The notes: a model not told the origin generated them from the sequence alone. A DNA stretch of 32,698 nucleotides from Gallionella sp. (GCA_049693175.1 JBAVPP010000402.1:1-32698), one strand, 5' to 3'. Shown: positions 9,222 to 18,039, counted from the first letter of the stretch. Made by a program: numbers and translations.

Positions 9222-9539
9222 ATGATTAAATCTGCTCAAGTGGTCAAAGCATTGGCGGCACTGGCGCAACCCACACGTCTGGCGATATTCCGTTTGCTGG
9301 TGACTTGCGGACCGGAAGGCATGGCAGCGGGCAGAATGGCGGAAAAACTCAAAGTTTCACCCGCCACGCTGTCGTTTCATTTCAAGACGCTCAGCCATGC
9401 GGGTCTGATAGAGAGCCGTCAGGAAAGTCGCTTCGTTTACTACGCGGCGAATTTTACGGCGATGAACAATATGTTGGCGTATCTCACCGAGAACTGTTGC
9501 GCGGGTGGCACGTGCGAAGTGGTCACTAAAAAATGTTGA
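9222..9539 (+). CDS. arsR: ArsR family As(III)-responsive repressor with a C-terminal CC..C site
   Basis: ALAALAQPTRLAIFRLL, SPATLSFH helix-turn-helix, LTENCCAGGTC. Confidence 0.92.
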   Translation: MIKSAQVVKALAALAQPTRLAIFRLLVTCGPEGMAAGRMAEKLKVSPATLSFHFKTLSHAGLIESRQESRFVYYAANFTAMNNMLAYLTENCCAGGTCEVVTKKC

Positions 9540-9587
9540 GCTTTTACTAAATGATGCATGAATTTTTAATATGAAGAAGGAAAAATA

Positions 9588-10085
9588 ATGAGTGAAAAAA
9601 TCTATAACGTGCTGGTCTTATGTACCGGCAATTCGGCGCGCAGTATTTTGGGCGAAATGTTATTCAACACTTTGGGCAAGGGCAAGTTCAAAGCCTATAG
9701 CGCGGGCAGCAAACCGGCGGGCAAGGTCAATCCCGGCGCAATCGAATGGCTGCAAACGCATGGTCACTCGCCAGCAGGATTACGCAGCAAAAGTTGGGAC
9801 GAGTTCGCCGCGCCCGGCGCGCCGGAGTTCGATTTTATTTTTACCGTATGCGATAACGCGGCGGGTGAAACCTGCCCGATCTGGTTGGGCCGTCCGGCAA
9901 CAGCGCATTGGGGTATACCCGATCCGGCGCATGTCGAAGGCGATGCCGCGCGCCGTGCCGCGTTCAACAAAGCCGCCGATCAACTGGCGAGGCGCATTCA
10001 ATTGTTTATGCAACTGCCCATAGACAAAATGGACAAACTCAGCCTGAAAGAAAAGCTCGCGGAAATTGGTCGGATTGAGGATTGA
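9588..10085 (+). CDS. arsC: Arsenate reductase, LMW-PTP fold
   Basis: CTGNSARS P-loop, RSKSWDEF, TVCDNAAGETCP, HWGIPDP. Confidence 0.93.
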   Translation: MSEKIYNVLVLCTGNSARSILGEMLFNTLGKGKFKAYSAGSKPAGKVNPGAIEWLQTHGHSPAGLRSKSWDEFAAPGAPEFDFIFTVCDNAAGETCPIWLGRPATAHWGIPDPAHVEGDAARRAAFNKAADQLARRIQLFMQLPIDKMDKLSLKEKLAEIGRIED

Positions 10086-10095
10086 CACAGCTAGT

Positions 10096-10123
10096 CGTCA
10101 TTCCCGCGCAGGCGGGACTGACG
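10096..10123. repeat. Solitary CGTC-type REP-like palindrome
   Basis: cgtcattcccgcgcaggcgggactgacg; the first 22 nt are identical to the arm at 17004. Confidence 0.8.
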
Positions 10124-10151
10124 AGCCTCTATAGAATGATGGAAAACTAAA

Positions 10152-11171
10152 ATGAATCTGTTTGAACGCTACCTCACCATTTGGGTATTTTTGTGTATAG
10201 TCTTCGGCGTGTTGCTGGGGCAATTTTTGCCGGATGTTTTTCACGCGCTGGCCGGTTTGGAAGTGGCCAAAGTCAACATTCCGGTCGGCGTATTGGTGTG
10301 GGTGATGATTATTCCCATGTTGTTGCGCATCGACTTCGGCGCGTTGCATCAAGTTAAAAAACACCTGCGCGGCATAGGTGTGACGTTGTTCGTAAACTGG
10401 GCGGTCAAGCCGTTTTCGATGGCATTTTTAGGCTGGTTATTCATACGCCATATTTTCGCCGACGCACTGCCGCACGAACAACTCGACAGCTACATCGCCG
10501 GACTGATTCTGCTCGCCGCCGCACCGTGTACCGCGATGGTGTTTGTGTGGAGCAATCTGGTCAAAGGCGACGCGTACTTCACTTTGTCGCAAGTCGCACT
10601 CAACGATGCCATTATGATTTTCGCTTTCGCGCCGCTGGTCGCTTTGCTGTTGGGCATCGCCAGCATCGCCGTGCCCTGGGCGACGCTGATGTTCTCGGTG
10701 ATTTTTTACATCGTGATTCCGGTCATCATCGCGCAATTTTTGCGTCGCAATTTATTAGCGCGAGGCGGGGAAAATTTTATTCACGCGATGAAAAATATCG
10801 CCCCGTTTTCGATGGGCGCGTTGTTGCTAACTTTGGTTTTATTGTTCGCTTTGCAAGGCGATGCCATCGTCAAACAACCGCTGGTGATTGCCATACTCGC
10901 CGTGCCAATTTTGATTCAAGTGCTGTTCAATTCCAGTTTGGCATATTGGCTGAATCGACGCTTGGGCGTGGCACATTGCGTTGCCGCACCGTCGGCATTA
11001 ATCGGCGCGAGCAATTTTTTTGAGCTCGCTGTCGCCACCGCCATCAGCCTGTTCGGCTTTGAATCCGGCGCAGCCTTGGCGACCGTGGTCGGTGTGCTGA
11101 TTGAAGTGCCGGTGATGTTGATGGTGGTAAAGGTTGCGAATCAATCGCGCGATTGGTATGGGAGAAATTAG
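10152..11171 (+). CDS. acr3: ACR3 family arsenite efflux transporter
   Basis: FERYLTIWV, NWAVKPFSM, AAAPCTAMVFVWS, GASNFFELAVA, GVLIEVPVML. Confidence 0.95.
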   Translation: MNLFERYLTIWVFLCIVFGVLLGQFLPDVFHALAGLEVAKVNIPVGVLVWVMIIPMLLRIDFGALHQVKKHLRGIGVTLFVNWAVKPFSMAFLGWLFIRHIFADALPHEQLDSYIAGLILLAAAPCTAMVFVWSNLVKGDAYFTLSQVALNDAIMIFAFAPLVALLLGIASIAVPWATLMFSVIFYIVIPVIIAQFLRRNLLARGGENFIHAMKNIAPFSMGALLLTLVLLFALQGDAIVKQPLVIAILAVPILIQVLFNSSLAYWLNRRLGVAHCVAAPSALIGASNFFELAVATAISLFGFESGAALATVVGVLIEVPVMLMVVKVANQSRDWYGRN

Positions 11172-11289
11172 GATTTGGGATTTGGGAAAACCACTGCACC
11201 GCATTGAGCGTAGCGGTCATATCTTCAGCTACGGAAACCGCACGGCCTGCTCCTCGCGGGTATAACTAGATCCTAAATCCTGCCTTTAT

Positions 11290-12690
11290 TCAGTGCATCA
11301 AAAATGTCGTCGCTAATCCTAGGAAAATAAAGAATCCGCCACTGGCGGTAATAGCCGTGGGCAGAACGTTGGAGCCGCTGGCGGGATTGCGTCCCAGTTT
11401 GTGCAGCATCATCGGAATCAGCAAACCGACCAGCGCGCCGAGCATCAGCGTCAGCAACATCGCGCCCATCATCACCCAACCCAGCGCGACATCGTGATAC
11501 AAATAATAAGCGAACAAACCCGCCGCGCCACCCCATACCAATCCGTTCAGAATGCTGATGCCAAGCTCCTTGAACAACAGGCGCGCGCCGTTCGCTTGAG
11601 TGATTTTCCTCAATGCCAGCGAACGTATGATGAGGGTGGCGGTCTGGGTGGCGGTGTTGCCGGCGATGCCCGCGATTATGGGCATCAGCGTCGCCAGCGC
11701 GACGAATTTTTCTATCGTGCCGGCAAAGTTAGCGATGACGCGCGAGGCAACAAACGCGGCACCAAGATTCAACGCCAGCCATGCCCAACGGTTCTGCGCT
11801 GATTTCCAAACCGACGCGAAAATATCTTCTGCGCGCAAGCCGGCCTGATTCAGCAAATCACGTTCAGACTCGGTGCGCACATAATCCAACACCACATTCA
11901 CCGTCACACGCCCGACTAATTTTCCATCCTCATCCACCACCGGCGCGGACACTAAGGCATATCGTTCAAACGCCTGTGCTGCCAGACTGGCATTGTCATC
12001 AGGATGAAGTTGCACCATGTCAGTCAACATAATCGCGCTGACCATGACTTCCGGTCGATTCACCACAATACGATGCATCGGCAACACACCTTGCAAATGA
12101 CTATCCCGATCAACCACGAACACTTGGTCGGTATGAGTGGGCAGATTGCCGAAACGGCGCAAATAGCGCGACACAACGTCCAACGAAACATCATCGCGTA
12201 TGGCTATCATATTGAAATCCATTAGCGCGCCCACCGCGTCCTTGTGGTACGACATCGCCGAACGCAGTTGCTCACGCTCGGCTATAGCCAAAGATTTGAA
12301 CACCTCGCGCAACACGCTCTGCGGCAAGTCTGGCGCGAGATCGGCGATCTCGGCAGTATCCAGTTGCCCCGCTGCCGCGCCGAGTTCCTCGTGATTCATA
12401 GTGGCGAGCAGCGACGCGCGCACCGCGCCGGATACCCCGATCAAAACCTCGCCGTCACGTTCGGATTTGACCAGCTCCCATACTTGCAAACGTTGCGCTA
12501 TAGGTAACGCCTCGAGAATATAAGCGATGTCGGCGGGGTGCATTACTTCCAGTTTGGCGCGCAGCGTGCCCGGATAACGCTCCGCGCCCGATGTGCCATC
12601 CACTGCGCGACCGCCCAATAGATTCCGGATATGAAGCAGCGCGTCCTGCATATTTTCGATAAAACGAATTTCGTGGTTAGTTTCTGTCAT
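11290..12690 (-). CDS. mgtE: MgtE-family magnesium transporter paralogue with degenerate acidic metal ligands
   Basis: N-domain HPADIAYILEALP, CBS pair, SAQNRWAWL, LMPIIAGIAGN, C-terminal GFFIFLGLAT; the last TM helix reads TAITASGG where family members have T..TD..G. Confidence 0.85.
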   Translation of the reverse strand: MTETNHEIRFIENMQDALLHIRNLLGGRAVDGTSGAERYPGTLRAKLEVMHPADIAYILEALPIAQRLQVWELVKSERDGEVLIGVSGAVRASLLATMNHEELGAAAGQLDTAEIADLAPDLPQSVLREVFKSLAIAEREQLRSAMSYHKDAVGALMDFNMIAIRDDVSLDVVSRYLRRFGNLPTHTDQVFVVDRDSHLQGVLPMHRIVVNRPEVMVSAIMLTDMVQLHPDDNASLAAQAFERYALVSAPVVDEDGKLVGRVTVNVVLDYVRTESERDLLNQAGLRAEDIFASVWKSAQNRWAWLALNLGAAFVASRVIANFAGTIEKFVALATLMPIIAGIAGNTATQTATLIIRSLALRKITQANGARLLFKELGISILNGLVWGGAAGLFAYYLYHDVALGWVMMGAMLLTLMLGALVGLLIPMMLHKLGRNPASGSNVLPTAITASGGFFIFLGLATTFLMH

Positions 12691-12808
12691 GGCATGCGGG
12701 ATTGCTGATTTTTAGCCTGCGAAGATTATAGTGACTAATGAAGCGACAAGTTGGCGGATGGTAACTTATAATCGGGGAATAATATTCTCTCGCCGAGGTC
12801 ACTTCGTC

Positions 12809-14128
12809 ATGCCTAACGATTCGATTACCGAACATCAGCCAAGCCAGCAGACGGTACTCAACCTCATCAAAAAACACCGTCTGGTCGAAGATTTCGTCCA
12901 CAAGCAGGACATGCCGCGTCACGACCTGGTCGAGTCGCTGGTGCGCAAGCAGAACCTCGCCAAACTCCAACAGATGTTGAATCAAATTTCGCCCGGAGAT
13001 GTCGCCCAAATATTGGAAGAATTATCGCCGGAAGACCAGTTATTTGTGTGGGATCAAATCGACGACGAGCGCAAAGAAATGATCTTGCAGGATGTGCCCA
13101 TCAGCGTGATACAAGGCTTGGGAAAACGCGAGTATAAGAATGAGAAATCCAGCATCAAAGCCTTCGAGCTACACGAAGGACGCTTGCGCGAAATCCCGGT
13201 CAACACCCGCGATGACCTGGTTAAAGTCAAGCCGATCTGGATTGATATGGTCAACCCTTCCTTTGAAGAGCGCGTCTGGGTGGGCGCGATTTTCGGTATA
13301 GATTTGCCCGACCCGGACAAGCTGAACGATCTCGAATCCAGCGCGCGTTTTTATATCGACGACAACGGTGTGATCAATCTGCGTTCGGATTTTTTGCTCG
13401 ACAAAGAGGACGTTTCACGCAGCGTTCCCGTCGCCTTTTTGTTGCATCAGGATATATTATTTTCTCTGCGCAAAGTTGACTTGCCGGTGTTTCGCTTGCA
13501 ACGTCTGCGCGCTTTGATGCAGCCGAATTACGTGCTGGATTCGCGCGATGTGCTGCTCGATTTGTACGCCGCCGATGCGGAATATTCAGCCGACGCGCTG
13601 GAGGATGTCTATCAGGGCCTGCGCGTGGTCAGCAAACAAGTGTTGAGCAACAACAAGATTGGTGAGCAGGCGGACGACACGCTGACCGCCATCGCGCATG
13701 AGGAAGATTTGAACGGTCTGATACGCCGCAACGTGCTGGACACACGCCGCGCGGTGTCGTTTTTGATGCGCAGCAAATTTCTCACCAAACAGCAGACCGA
13801 GGACGCGCAGCAAATTCTGCGCGACATCGATTCGCTGGACGGGCACACCTCGTTCATTTTCGACAAAATCAACTTTTTGATGGATGCCACAGTCGGTTTC
13901 ATTAACAACAACCAGAACAAAAACGTCAAACGCTTGACCGTGCTAAGCGTGGTGTTCATGCCGCTGAATGTGCTGGCGGGCATAGGCGGCATGTCGGAAT
14001 TTTCCATGATGACGCAAGGTATACCCTGGCCGGTTTCCTATACTTTATTCACGCTCGCGCTGGTGGTCGTGGGATGGCTGACGTTCTTGTTGCTGCGGTT
14101 TTTCGAAGCTCGCGAAAAGTCCAAATAA
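12809..14128 (+). CDS. corA: CorA-family divalent cation transporter with an N-terminal MgtE_N-like domain and a GMS signature
   Basis: PIWIDM..P, LESSARFY, ILRDIDSLD.HT.F.FDKINFLMDATVGFIN.NQN..VK.L, two TM helices with GGMSEF; ATG 12809 follows GAGG. Confidence 0.88.
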   Translation: MPNDSITEHQPSQQTVLNLIKKHRLVEDFVHKQDMPRHDLVESLVRKQNLAKLQQMLNQISPGDVAQILEELSPEDQLFVWDQIDDERKEMILQDVPISVIQGLGKREYKNEKSSIKAFELHEGRLREIPVNTRDDLVKVKPIWIDMVNPSFEERVWVGAIFGIDLPDPDKLNDLESSARFYIDDNGVINLRSDFLLDKEDVSRSVPVAFLLHQDILFSLRKVDLPVFRLQRLRALMQPNYVLDSRDVLLDLYAADAEYSADALEDVYQGLRVVSKQVLSNNKIGEQADDTLTAIAHEEDLNGLIRRNVLDTRRAVSFLMRSKFLTKQQTEDAQQILRDIDSLDGHTSFIFDKINFLMDATVGFINNNQNKNVKRLTVLSVVFMPLNVLAGIGGMSEFSMMTQGIPWPVSYTLFTLALVVVGWLTFLLLRFFEAREKSK

Positions 14129-14132
14129 GCGA

Positions 14133-16217
14133 TCATTTACCCCGCAGGGATTGCTCGAACACAGCCAAGGGCTGAGGTTTTCCGAACAGATACCCCTGGA
14201 ACAGATGGCAACCATGCTGCTCCAAAAAGTCTCGCTGCGCCTGGGTTTCAACACCTTCCGCAATCACATTCAAGCCCAGCGCGTCCGACATGGAAATGAT
14301 GGTTTTGACGATAACCGCATCGTTGAGATTGGTGACAATGTCGCGCACAAAAGATTGGTCGATTTTGATCTGATCCAGCGGTAAGCGTTTTAGATATTGC
14401 AATGACGAATGTCCCGTGCCGAAATCATCCATGGAAAAATGTATGCCCAGCAACTTCAATTCGCGCATTTTGGCGATGGTATCCTCGACGTTTTCCAGCA
14501 TACTACTTTCGGTCAACTCCAATTTTAGCTGCGACGATTTCGCGCCCGTTGCCAACAGGATGCGTTGAACTTGCGCGACGAAATCCGCCTGATGAAATTG
14601 CTTGGCACTGACATTCACAGCCAAAATAAAATCGCGCATGGGCACGCTCTTTTGCCACACCTTGATCTGTCGGCAAGCCTGTTCGAGTATCCACAGTCCG
14701 AGGGGAATGATAAGCCCGGTTTCTTCGCACAAGAAAATGAATGCTGTCGGCTCCAGCAAGCCGCGTTCGGGATGTTGCCAGCGCAATAATATTTCCGCGC
14801 CCAAGACTCGATTTTGGCTGTCCACTTGGGCTTGGTATACGAGCAGAAATTGTCCTTGCGCGATTGCTGTTTGCAACTCGTGCTCCAGTTGATTGCGCGC
14901 CACCAGCGCGTCCTGAAGGACAGGATTGTAAAAACGTATGGCACGCCGCCCCGCCTCTTTGGCTTGTGCCCGCGCGGATTTCGACTGCCGCAACAACTCT
15001 TCCGGCATCTCGTCATGGTTCAGCAACAAAGCAATGCCTATGCTGATACTGGCATGCACAGACAAAGTCTGAAACTGATAGCTATGATTGACAACTTCGC
15101 TGATTTTCTCCGCGAAAAGTTGCGCCTGGTCCGCCGCATCATTTAGATTCGTACTAAGCGATTCCATCACGATGACAAACGAGTCTCCGCCCAAACAGGC
15201 CAGCGTCTCGCCTTCTTGCACACAAGTGGATAGGCGATGCGCAACCTCTTTTAACAACAGGTTGCCTATCTCGCCGCTGATGGTTTTGAAACTGTCCAAT
15301 TCCAAAGACAATACCGCGCCATAAAGTTTGCTATGCGCGCTCGACGCGCAGGCTTGTTGTATGCGATCGAGCAGCAACCGGCGGTTAGGCAGATTGGTGA
15401 TGGGATCATAAAAAGCCAGCTCGTGTATGCGCTGTTTGGATTCGGTGAGTTGACTGACATCACGGCATATCGTCAGCAAGCGGTTGCGCGCGCCCTGCTT
15501 GTCGAACAGCGGCATTTTACGCACTTCAAAATCGCGTTTGGGTAAGCCCAATTGTTCGTTGAAATGGCTTAGCTCGCGGCTTTGCCAAGTCAGCTCATCG
15601 CTGATCGAACAGTTTTGTTGCACCTCGTTCAAAGCAGATTTGACATGCAGCAACTCGGCATTGGTTTTGCCTTGCCACGCTTGATCCTTCAGATGGAAAA
15701 GTTGCAACGCCGGCTCGTTGGCGGATATCCAACGTCCTTCCCCGTCTTTGAAAATAATCGCATCGGGTATGGTCTCGATTAGGGTGGCGAAATTCTTGTT
15801 GCTCTCGCTGATTTTCGCCGCCGCCAGTTTGCGTTCCGAAATGTCGCGGCAAGTGCCATATAACTGACCGTTGGGCATCATCACCACACTCAGTTCCATG
15901 GGTATCTTGACCCCGGCTTTGGTGACCAGACGAATTTCCATGACATGCCGCTGACCATCCGCAACGATTTGCCCCATCTTGTCGCGGTAACTTGCGTGCC
16001 AATCCGCCGGAGCCAAATCGAATACGGTCATACCCAGTAATTCGGGGGTGCTGTAACCCGTTACCTCTGGCGCGTAATCGTTGGAAAAAATGATGTGACC
16101 GTTTTGGTCGGTGATAAAAACGACATCCGGCGCGAAACGCAAAGATGTGTGGGATAAATCAAGGTTTTTGTACGGTCTGTTTTGCATGACTGATGTGTTC
16201 TTGTTCTTATATATCAA
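14133..16217 (-). CDS. PAS-PAS-GGDEF(degenerate)-EAL protein, probable c-di-GMP phosphodiesterase
   Basis: Two PAS domains, LAFYDPITNLPNR, GGDSF; EAL motifs EILLRW, DDFGTG, KIDQSF, EGVE, QGY. The start may be ATG 16187. Confidence 0.9.
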   Translation of the reverse strand: MIYKNKNTSVMQNRPYKNLDLSHTSLRFAPDVVFITDQNGHIIFSNDYAPEVTGYSTPELLGMTVFDLAPADWHASYRDKMGQIVADGQRHVMEIRLVTKAGVKIPMELSVVMMPNGQLYGTCRDISERKLAAAKISESNKNFATLIETIPDAIIFKDGEGRWISANEPALQLFHLKDQAWQGKTNAELLHVKSALNEVQQNCSISDELTWQSRELSHFNEQLGLPKRDFEVRKMPLFDKQGARNRLLTICRDVSQLTESKQRIHELAFYDPITNLPNRRLLLDRIQQACASSAHSKLYGAVLSLELDSFKTISGEIGNLLLKEVAHRLSTCVQEGETLACLGGDSFVIVMESLSTNLNDAADQAQLFAEKISEVVNHSYQFQTLSVHASISIGIALLLNHDEMPEELLRQSKSARAQAKEAGRRAIRFYNPVLQDALVARNQLEHELQTAIAQGQFLLVYQAQVDSQNRVLGAEILLRWQHPERGLLEPTAFIFLCEETGLIIPLGLWILEQACRQIKVWQKSVPMRDFILAVNVSAKQFHQADFVAQVQRILLATGAKSSQLKLELTESSMLENVEDTIAKMRELKLLGIHFSMDDFGTGHSSLQYLKRLPLDQIKIDQSFVRDIVTNLNDAVIVKTIISMSDALGLNVIAEGVETQAQRDFLEQHGCHLFQGYLFGKPQPLAVFEQSLRGK

Positions 16218-16294
16218 TCTCGATTCCGAGCGGTCGCTATGCTAACAAATCTGGGCAAAAATGTAACCCTAATTCCAGACGAATGGCATAAAAA

Positions 16295-16993
16295 TCAGCC
16301 CGGAATATACACATCGTTCATGCGGTTAAGAATAATGCCGGTCTTGCGCTGCAAACCGGATGCCTCGCGGTGCATATCGTAATAGCGCGGATTGGGCACC
16401 ATGGCGGCGAGTTTGGCGGCTTGTGCGGCGGACAATTGTGACGCGTGGATATGATAATAATGCTGCGCCGCCGCTTCCGCGCCGAACACCCCGTTACCCC
16501 ATTCGATGACATTCAAATAAATTTCAAAGATGCGCTGCTTATCCATCATTTTTTCCAGCATCACGGTGATAACAGCCTCCTCGGCTTTCCGCCAGGGTGT
16601 GCGCTTGGTCGATAAAAATAAATTCTTGGCGAGCTGCTGGCTGATGGTCGAGCCACCCGCGACTATCTTGCCTTTTTTCTTATTTTTTTCGTAAGCCTTT
16701 TGTATGCCTTCCCAATCAAAGCCCTCGTGGTCAACAAATTTCGCATCTTCGGCGGCAATCAGCGCGCTCTTAAGATTGTCGGAAATTTTGGCGTAATCCA
16801 CCCACTGATATTGCAAAGCCGCATCAGGATTTGCATCCTGCAAAATCTCCAATCGTGATTCCATGAACGCACTGCTGGTCGGATTGTGATTGACCCACCA
16901 ATACACATGCGCAAACAGCCACGCTTGGTACAGCAATATCAGCACCAAGCCCCACAACAAGCCGCGCCACAACCAACCCAAAATACGTTTCAT
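16295..16993 (-). CDS. mtgA: Monofunctional biosynthetic peptidoglycan transglycosylase
   Basis: AAEDAKFVDHEGFD, GGSTISQQLAKNLFL, RKAEE, EIYLNVIEWG. Confidence 0.95.
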   Translation of the reverse strand: MKRILGWLWRGLLWGLVLILLYQAWLFAHVYWWVNHNPTSSAFMESRLEILQDANPDAALQYQWVDYAKISDNLKSALIAAEDAKFVDHEGFDWEGIQKAYEKNKKKGKIVAGGSTISQQLAKNLFLSTKRTPWRKAEEAVITVMLEKMMDKQRIFEIYLNVIEWGNGVFGAEAAAQHYYHIHASQLSAAQAAKLAAMVPNPRYYDMHREASGLQRKTGIILNRMNDVYIPG

Positions 16994-17003
16994 TATTTAC
17001 ATC

Positions 17004-17118
17004 CGTCATTCCCGCGCAGGCGGGAATCTAGCCGATCAAAAAACATCCTGCGCAGCAGGACAAAGCCAACAGCATTTTTAATAAAACCAACTGGATTCCC
17101 GCCTGCGCGGGAATGACG
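17004..17118. repeat. 115-bp inverted REP doublet (REPIN/MITE-like), CGTC / dRS3-like arms
   Basis: Arms cgtcattcccgcgcaggcgggaatctag ... ctggattcccgcctgcgcgggaatgacg with an internal hairpin tcctgc-gca-gcagga. Confidence 0.88.
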
Positions 17119-17135
17119 ATAAGGCTGCGTGTACT

Positions 17136-17972
17136 TCATAAAGCAGCACGCAATGCCGCTAGTACCGGTACAGTATCGGGGCGCACATCGCGCCAAATAG
17201 CAAAAGCCTCTGCCGCTTGTTCCACCAGCATCCCTAAGCCATCCGCGACTTGCGCGCCATGGGCTTTAGCGAATTTCATAAACGGCGTTTCGCGTCCGTA
17301 CATCATGTCGTAAGCCAGCGCACCGGGCGCAAAAATATTAGTTGGCAAAGGAATTTCGCTGTCGTTTAATCCAGCAGAAGTGGCGTTGATGACGACATCA
17401 AATTGCTGCCCAGTCAGTTCGGCGTAGCTACCACCGCGAATATTTTTGCTGGGGAATTTCGCAGCCAACTCAACTGCTTTTTCAGCGGTGCGGTTGGCGA
17501 CGATAACCGATGCACCATAATTAAGGAGCGGTAAAACCACGCCATAACTTGCGCCACCCGCACCCATCAGTAATACACGCTTATCACGGAGTGGCACTCG
17601 GAAATTTATCTCAATATCTCTAACGAGCCCAAGGCCGTCAGTGTTGTTGCCATAAATTTTCCCGACAGGTAAGTCTAAGACGATGCCACCGGCCTGAAAC
17701 TGTAAAGTGTTCACCGCGCGTGCAACTTGAGCAGCTTTTCCAAGATAGTCTTTCGCCAATTCATAGGCTTCAAATTTGAACGGCACCGTTACATTGCAAC
17801 CCTTGTAACCCTCGTTTATCAAGCGTTGCAGGGTCACGGCAAATCCGTCCAGCGGAGCTTCGATTGCCTCATAGCTCATATCCTGCCCGGTTTGTTCGGC
17901 GAACATTTTGTGTATCAGCGGCGATTTGCTGTGGGAAATGGGATTGCCGATTACGGCGTAACGGTCAGTCAT
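17136..17972 (-). CDS. aroE: Shikimate dehydrogenase
   Basis: YAVIGNPISHSKSPLIH, NVTVPFK, AVNT, NTDG, GAGGA, INATS, DGLGMLVEQAAEAF. Confidence 0.96.
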   Translation of the reverse strand: MTDRYAVIGNPISHSKSPLIHKMFAEQTGQDMSYEAIEAPLDGFAVTLQRLINEGYKGCNVTVPFKFEAYELAKDYLGKAAQVARAVNTLQFQAGGIVLDLPVGKIYGNNTDGLGLVRDIEINFRVPLRDKRVLLMGAGGASYGVVLPLLNYGASVIVANRTAEKAVELAAKFPSKNIRGGSYAELTGQQFDVVINATSAGLNDSEIPLPTNIFAPGALAYDMMYGRETPFMKFAKAHGAQVADGLGMLVEQAAEAFAIWRDVRPDTVPVLAALRAAL

Positions 17973-18039
17973 AAAATTTCCGGTTGTGCAGCGGCATTCC
18001 TGTTTCAATAGGCGCGCAGTTTAGCATCGCACGGTGCGA

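Noticed and set aside
12691..12808. Possible Mg2+ riboswitch (M-box) or leader peptide between mgtE and corA
   Set aside because: The spacer is only 118 bp, with no recognisable aptamer, terminator or Pro-rich leader ORF
17004..17118. Repeat-spacer-repeat resembling a mini CRISPR
   Set aside because: The repeats are inverted rather than direct, there are only two units, and no cas genes are present
16886..17196. Short ORFs containing RHSRAGGN or FPRRRES
   Set aside because: These are translations of the REP arms, not genes; the same applies to 10098-10364 and 31482-31673
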